Source of the DNA: a virus
Lineage: Duplodnaviria > Caudoviricetes
Length of the DNA: 58,170 bases
Direction: 5' to 3' (one strand)
Virus record (IMG/VR): IMGVR_UViG_3300028592_000013
Span: 1-58,170 of that record
Shown: positions 54,149-58,170 of the stretch, in pieces
Layout: the number at the start of each line of letters is the position of its first letter
Position numbering within the stretch: the stretch's first letter is position 1
The notes under the pieces: model-generated
Database searches by the model: none
The model's input: the letters and a program-made list of their open reading frames with translations, nothing else
What the model was told of the DNA's origin: nothing
Program-made: the position numbers and the translations under genes

Positions 54149-55240
54149 TTAGCGCTGGCCAAAGGCCAGCCCTTTCTGTGCCGTCCGCTTCGCGATCAGC
54201 GGCTCGTATCTGCTCTGGAGCTCGATGCCGAACCAGCGGCGGCCGAGCACCTCAGCGACCTGGCCAACGGTGCCCGAGCCGAAGAACGGGTCAAGCACCA
54301 CGCCGCCGAGCGGCGAGCCTGCCAGGATGCACTTCTGAGCGAGCGCCGTGGGGAAGCACGCGAAGTGCGCGCCGTCGTAGGGCTCGCTCGGGATGGTCCA
54401 GACGCTACGAGCGTTGCGGGTGGTCGGCGTCGGTTGCTCGAGCTCGACCGCGCCCTGCCGACTCGCCGGCGTCGTCTTGCGTCGGCGAGTGAAGGCGCGT
54501 GAGGCGTCCTCGTCGGTGGCGGACTCCGGGTGGAGCAGCGGTTCGGCGATTGCAGCGGCGTCGTAGTGGTAGCGCTCCGACTTCGAGAGCAGGAACAAGT
54601 ACTCATGGGCCGACGTCGGCCGGTCGGTGACCGACTCCGGCATCGGGTTCGGTTTGTGCCAGATGATGTCCTTGCGCAGGTACCAGCCGTCGGCCTGCAA
54701 CGCGAACGCGACGCGCCACGGCATGCCGACCATGTCCTTCGGCTTGAGCCCCACGATGGGCATTCGGTTCGGCTGGCTGAGCGGACCGACCCGGTAACTC
54801 TGCTTTCCCTCGTGCCCGGAGCGCTCCGAGGCGCGGCCTGTCTGCGGCTTGCCGCGGCCGTTGCGGGCAGGCTGGCCATGGTCGCGGCGTCGCTCGTCGC
54901 GGTGCCTGGTCGTCTCGCCGCGCCAGCGTGCGCCCTGGACGCCGCCGCCCGGGTTCGTCGACTTGCCGGCGCCGGTCGCGTAGCAGTCCCCCAGGTTGAG
55001 CCAGAGCGTGCCGTCGTCGCGGAGTACTCGGCGCACCTCCCGGAACACGGCGACGAGCTCGGCGACGAACTCCTCCGGTGTCGGCTCCAGACCGATCTGC
55101 TGCTCGTGGCCGTAGTCGCGCAGCCCCCAGTACGGCGGGCTCGTCACGCAGCAATGGAACAGCTCCGCCAGAAACGTGGGCAGCACGGCGCGGCAATCGC
55201 CGATCACGCACTCGTTGTCGCTGCTCAGGGCTCGTTGCAT
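54149..55240 (-). CDS. orphan DNA methyltransferase (N4-C/N6-A, beta class)
   Basis: VTSPPYWGLRDY, LRDDGTLWLNLGD, IIWHKPNPMPES..DRPT..HEY, HFACFP, VLDPFFGSGT. Confidence 0.95.
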   Translation of the reverse strand: MQRALSSDNECVIGDCRAVLPTFLAELFHCCVTSPPYWGLRDYGHEQQIGLEPTPEEFVAELVAVFREVRRVLRDDGTLWLNLGDCYATGAGKSTNPGGGVQGARWRGETTRHRDERRRDHGQPARNGRGKPQTGRASERSGHEGKQSYRVGPLSQPNRMPIVGLKPKDMVGMPWRVAFALQADGWYLRKDIIWHKPNPMPESVTDRPTSAHEYLFLLSKSERYHYDAAAIAEPLLHPESATDEDASRAFTRRRKTTPASRQGAVELEQPTPTTRNARSVWTIPSEPYDGAHFACFPTALAQKCILAGSPLGGVVLDPFFGSGTVGQVAEVLGRRWFGIELQSRYEPLIAKRTAQKGLAFGQR

Positions 55241-55281
55241 CCGTTACTCCACTGGAACTTTTCGCGCGTTACCCACCAGCA

Positions 55282-55566
55282 CTAGGGGCGTGCCTTCGCT
55301 TCCATTTCCTCGCGGGTCGGGTTTCGCACCGCAGGCTCTAGGTTCTTGCGCTCCGCCCCTTCGCCGGGCGTCTCGGGCACGTGACGCAGCAGGGGTTCCA
55401 GCGCCTCGACAGCATGCTCCAGGCCGCCCGCGAACCCGTTGAGCGTGGCGCAGCCCATCGTGCCCTTCTCCATGTGCTCCGCCGCATTGCGGGCGGTGTT
55501 GAGATCCTGGCGCAAGCCGCTGAGCACGAGCCTGATCTCGTCGCGTAGTTGTCGAGCCGTTTTCAT
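55282..55566 (-). CDS. hypothetical protein
   Basis: MKTARQLRDEIR; RBS AGGAG upstream. Confidence 0.55.
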   Translation of the reverse strand: MKTARQLRDEIRLVLSGLRQDLNTARNAAEHMEKGTMGCATLNGFAGGLEHAVEALEPLLRHVPETPGEGAERKNLEPAVRNPTREEMEAKARP

Positions 55567-55583
55567 CCTATTGGGTCTCCTGG

Positions 55584-55826
55584 TCAGCGCTTTGCGCAGA
55601 GTTCCCGCTGCGCTTCGTAAGGTGTTGGCTGGGGCCTGCCGAACATCTGCTTGGGCTTCGGCGTGTTCCCCACGTCGCAAGTCACGCGCAGCCGGTAGTC
55701 ACGCACGAGCTCTCGAGCCATGCCGTAGAGCGTGACGCAGCCATCGCACGGCGCGCGCCCGTTGCGGCCGACGGGGTATCGCTGGCCGGTGTATCCTGGG
55801 TGTTTTGGGCAGGCTACCTTGATCAT
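55584..55826 (-). CDS. hypothetical protein
   Basis: CPKHPGYTG...CDGC; RBS GAGG. Confidence 0.6.
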   Translation of the reverse strand: MIKVACPKHPGYTGQRYPVGRNGRAPCDGCVTLYGMARELVRDYRLRVTCDVGNTPKPKQMFGRPQPTPYEAQRELCAKR

Positions 55827-55982
55827 CTGTTACCTCACCGCACCAAAGCGGACCAGCGCGGCCACCAGCCGAAGATCGATCCGTCACGGTTCCGCTTGCC
55901 CAGAAACCACAGCCCGTCCGGACGCACTTCGTACAGGCGACACGTGCGATCGGGGTGGAAGACTTTCACGGTATGCATTGGA

Positions 55983-56336
55983 TCATCCAGGTAGTGGTTT
56001 GCGAAACTCGTCCCATTCCGGGTAGTAGGCGACGCTGAAGTTCCGGCCGGGGTCAGCGGCGTGCAGCCGCTTTCCGAGAATGAGCCCGTGGCGCTTCAGG
56101 AGGGCTTCCGCCGCGTCCACAGTCAACTCGCGCCCGTCGGCCATGATGATCGATCCGGGCACTTTGCCGTGGCCGCAACAACTCCCGATGGTGTGCTCGC
56201 CTACCCTGTTCAGCTCCTCGATCAGCGGCAGGAGACAGCGATCGATCGGCTTGACGTCCCATCGCTGTTCGCCGGTGTGGCTCAGGTGGGCTGGGATCAG
56301 CACGGAAGCGTTTAGGGTCTGGCCGTGTCTGCACAT
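55983..56336 (-). CDS. conserved phage protein with SCCGHG motif
   Basis: IDRCLLPLIEELNRVG..TIGSCCGHGK; RBS AGGAGG. Confidence 0.75.
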   Translation of the reverse strand: MCRHGQTLNASVLIPAHLSHTGEQRWDVKPIDRCLLPLIEELNRVGEHTIGSCCGHGKVPGSIIMADGRELTVDAAEALLKRHGLILGKRLHAADPGRNFSVAYYPEWDEFRKPLPG

Positions 56337-56362
56337 AACTCTACCTCCTGCCAGCAGCGGGG

Positions 56363-56518
56363 CTAGGCCCGGTGGTGCGAGTTGCTCTTGTAGCCGGCGA
56401 TGTAGCCGCAAGCGGCGATGAGCAGCACCATCCAGCGCGGCTCGTTGTCTCTCACGCTCTCGCCTGTCTGATAGGCCAGGGCGGCCCCGAGCGCATACCA
56501 CCAGACCCAAATCCACAT
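56363..56518 (-). CDS. small membrane protein
   Basis: Two hydrophobic stretches; RBS GGAG. Confidence 0.55.
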   Translation of the reverse strand: MWIWVWWYALGAALAYQTGESVRDNEPRWMVLLIAACGYIAGYKSNSHHRA

Positions 56519-56520
56519 GG

Positions 56521-56856
56521 TCACTTCTCCGAAGCGCAGTCGGTTCCAGGCTCGTGCGGGCCCATGCCGTCCGGGCCGCAGTCGCAAAAATCTGGATTGG
56601 GGCGCCAACTGAGGCGGCCAGTGCGCAGGTTCGGTACCTCAAACCCCTCAGGCACGCGCCACAGGTGCCGTTGGTTTTGCCCGTCCACGAGATCGGACGA
56701 CCGCGGGAACACCTCGACGGCCCGCTCTGCTCCGCCGAACGCCAGCGACTTCATGTGCTGCATCTCGTAGAACGTTGGCTCGACCTTGGCGTCGTCCGTG
56801 CGCCAGATGGTGGCGTGGTCCCCGTCAACGTCGATGGTGTAGGGTCCGAATTGCAT
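56521..56856 (-). CDS. conserved phage hypothetical protein
   Basis: PTFYEMQHMK...AVEVFP..SDLVD..N.RHLW motif; RBS AGGAG. Confidence 0.75.
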   Translation of the reverse strand: MQFGPYTIDVDGDHATIWRTDDAKVEPTFYEMQHMKSLAFGGAERAVEVFPRSSDLVDGQNQRHLWRVPEGFEVPNLRTGRLSWRPNPDFCDCGPDGMGPHEPGTDCASEK

Positions 56857-56863
56857 AGTTCTC

Positions 56864-57403
56864 CTATTGGTCCGACTCTCCAGCGTCGCTGTCAGCCCTC
56901 AGCCAGGCGATATGCGCTTTGGCGCCCTCGGTCATTCGCTCGAAGGCCTCTGCGGCGTCGGCATCCTTTGCTCGCCCGAGCAGGCGCAGAATCCGGGCGG
57001 CCTCTTCGAGGTGAGCCAGCTCCGCGTCCCGTGAGGCGCGGCCGGCGTTGTAGAGCGCCTGGTACTGGGCGTCCTTCTCGATGTGCTCGAAATAGCGAGC
57101 GCGGTGCAAGTGAACCTGCTCGTCCTGCCACGCCCGCCGGTGCTCCTTGGTCCAGTCCCGAAACGGCCCCTTGGCGTCGTGGAACTGCCTGTGGTGCCGT
57201 AGGCACAACGGAAAACTGTGATCGTCGTGCCCTCGCTCGCCCTTGCCTCGACGTCCGCCGAGGCGCTTTCCAGACGGCTGTTCGCCATCCCCTAGGGTGC
57301 TGGCATTCGTGCTGTGATGGCACTCCGACGGCGCGACGCACGGCTGGAAGGCACAAGGTTGCTGGTGAACCCAAGCTACGTACTCGGGCGATTCGCCGCT
57401 CAT
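56864..57403 (-). CDS. DUF968/HNH-like nuclease
   Basis: SPEYVAWVHQQPC..C...HH...DDHSFPLCLRHHRQFH; own ATG after GGGAGG. Confidence 0.75.
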   Translation of the reverse strand: MSGESPEYVAWVHQQPCAFQPCVAPSECHHSTNASTLGDGEQPSGKRLGGRRGKGERGHDDHSFPLCLRHHRQFHDAKGPFRDWTKEHRRAWQDEQVHLHRARYFEHIEKDAQYQALYNAGRASRDAELAHLEEAARILRLLGRAKDADAAEAFERMTEGAKAHIAWLRADSDAGESDQ

Positions 57404-57464
57404 GCCGCCTCCCTCGTGAACCAGGCGTGCGCCTGCTGCTGGAAGTGCCAAGGAAACGGGCGCC

Positions 57465-58170
57465 TCACGCGGCGCCCCGATCTGGATCCGGCTGTCCGCC
57501 AACTCCGTGCATTCCGGAGAGTGGCTCACGAACAGTACCTTCTCGGCTTGGATCTGCTCTGCGGCGCGGCGCAGCATGGCGACGTAGACCCTGGCGTTCG
57601 ACGGATCCAGCGCGGCCCCGCTCTCGTCGCGCACGATGAATGGCCTCGTCATCCCGAGCTGCCGGCATGCGACGACGGTCAGCGCGAGCGCGAGGGCCTC
57701 GGCAAGGATCGTCCGCTCTCCACCGGAGAACGTCTCGGCAGGCCCCTCGCGTCCGTTCACCGTGTCGATCACGATGACGTCGAGCGTCTCGAGCAAGCGG
57801 TGACCCTTGGCGTCCGAGGTCTGGGTCCGGATGTCGACGGCAAACCTGCTGCCATGGCAGCTCAACAAGAGGTCGTTGCAGAGCGCAGCGATCTCCGGGA
57901 TCGCCGAGTCGATCACCATGGCCTGCAGCCCCTGCTTGCCCAGGTCGGCGCCGAGGCGGCTCCAGTCGGCCAGGTCTGCCTCGATTCCTGAGCGCTGCGC
58001 CTCGAGGTCGGCGAGCTTGGAGGCGGCGGCGGCGGCCTGCTCCAGGCGCTGCTCGGCGACGGCGACCTCGGCGTGCGCCCGGCGGACGGCGCTCTCTGCC
58101 GCGGCGACGCGCGCCTTCGCGCCGGTCGTGTCTGGGTAGCCGCGGAACTCCACCGCTGGCGTCGCGGCAG
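57465..58170 (-). CDS. SbcC/Rad50-like ATPase, C-terminal part (5' end outside window)
   Basis: Coiled coil followed by signature FSGGE, Walker B/D-loop IVRDESGAALD, H-switch FVSH. The 3' end is ambiguous because of a probable indel. Confidence 0.85.
   Translation of the reverse strand, partial: CRDASGGVPRLPRHDRREGARRRGRERRPPGARRGRRRRAAPGAGRRRRLQARRPRGAALRNRGRPGRLEPPRRRPGQAGAAGHGDRLGDPGDRCALQRPLVELPWQQVCRRHPDPDLGRQGSPLARDARRHRDRHGERTRGACRDVLRWRADDPCRGPRARADRRRMPAARDDEAIHRARRERGRAGSVERQGLRRHAAPRRRADPSREGTVREPLSGMHGVGGQPDPDRGAA

Noticed and set aside
56864-58153. Apparent SbcC-DUF968 nuclease fusion in the ORF track
   Set aside because: The nuclease has its own RBS and ATG at 57403, and one extra base in the C-run at 57475-57478 would end SbcC as ...IGGAA* with the usual GTGA/ATGA couplings through a 22-aa mini-ORF. 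More likely an indel error than a real fusion; needs read inspection.
1-58170. CRISPR array, tRNA genes or alternative genetic code
   Set aside because: No regularly spaced repeats or cloverleaf with T-loop consensus noticed by eye; core genes are intact under the standard code.

Overview
This window is most of a GC-rich (about two-thirds G+C by eye) dsDNA tailed-phage genome with a contractile tail. The + strand (1-48049) runs through lambdoid/SPP1-style replication genes (HNH-fused replication protein, initiator with an internal iteron/AT-rich origin, G39P-like helicase loader) and about 25 small middle genes (DUF6915-like pair, MazG-like pyrophosphatase, SLOG protein, two sigma-region-4 HTH proteins, a Zn-finger regulator). 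It continues with terminase, DUF935 portal, HK97-type protease, capsid, and a Mu-like neck/sheath/tube/tape-measure/baseplate module with fibres and a beta-helix tailspike. It ends with a lysis region (holin-lipoprotein, T4-type lysozyme) and a metallophosphoesterase/HNH/HslV-like/DUF5664-like cluster. An intrinsic terminator at about 48.1 kb separates this from a convergent - strand arm (RHH regulator, XF1762/Mom-like protein, DNA methyltransferase, DUF968-like nuclease, SbcC/Rad50 C-terminus). Three antisense cassettes interrupt the tail operon. I found no integrase, transposase, repressor, tRNA, rRNA, CRISPR array or reverse transcriptase. A Myxococcota-like host is an inference only. All family assignments come from motif recognition and synteny by eye, not from database searches.
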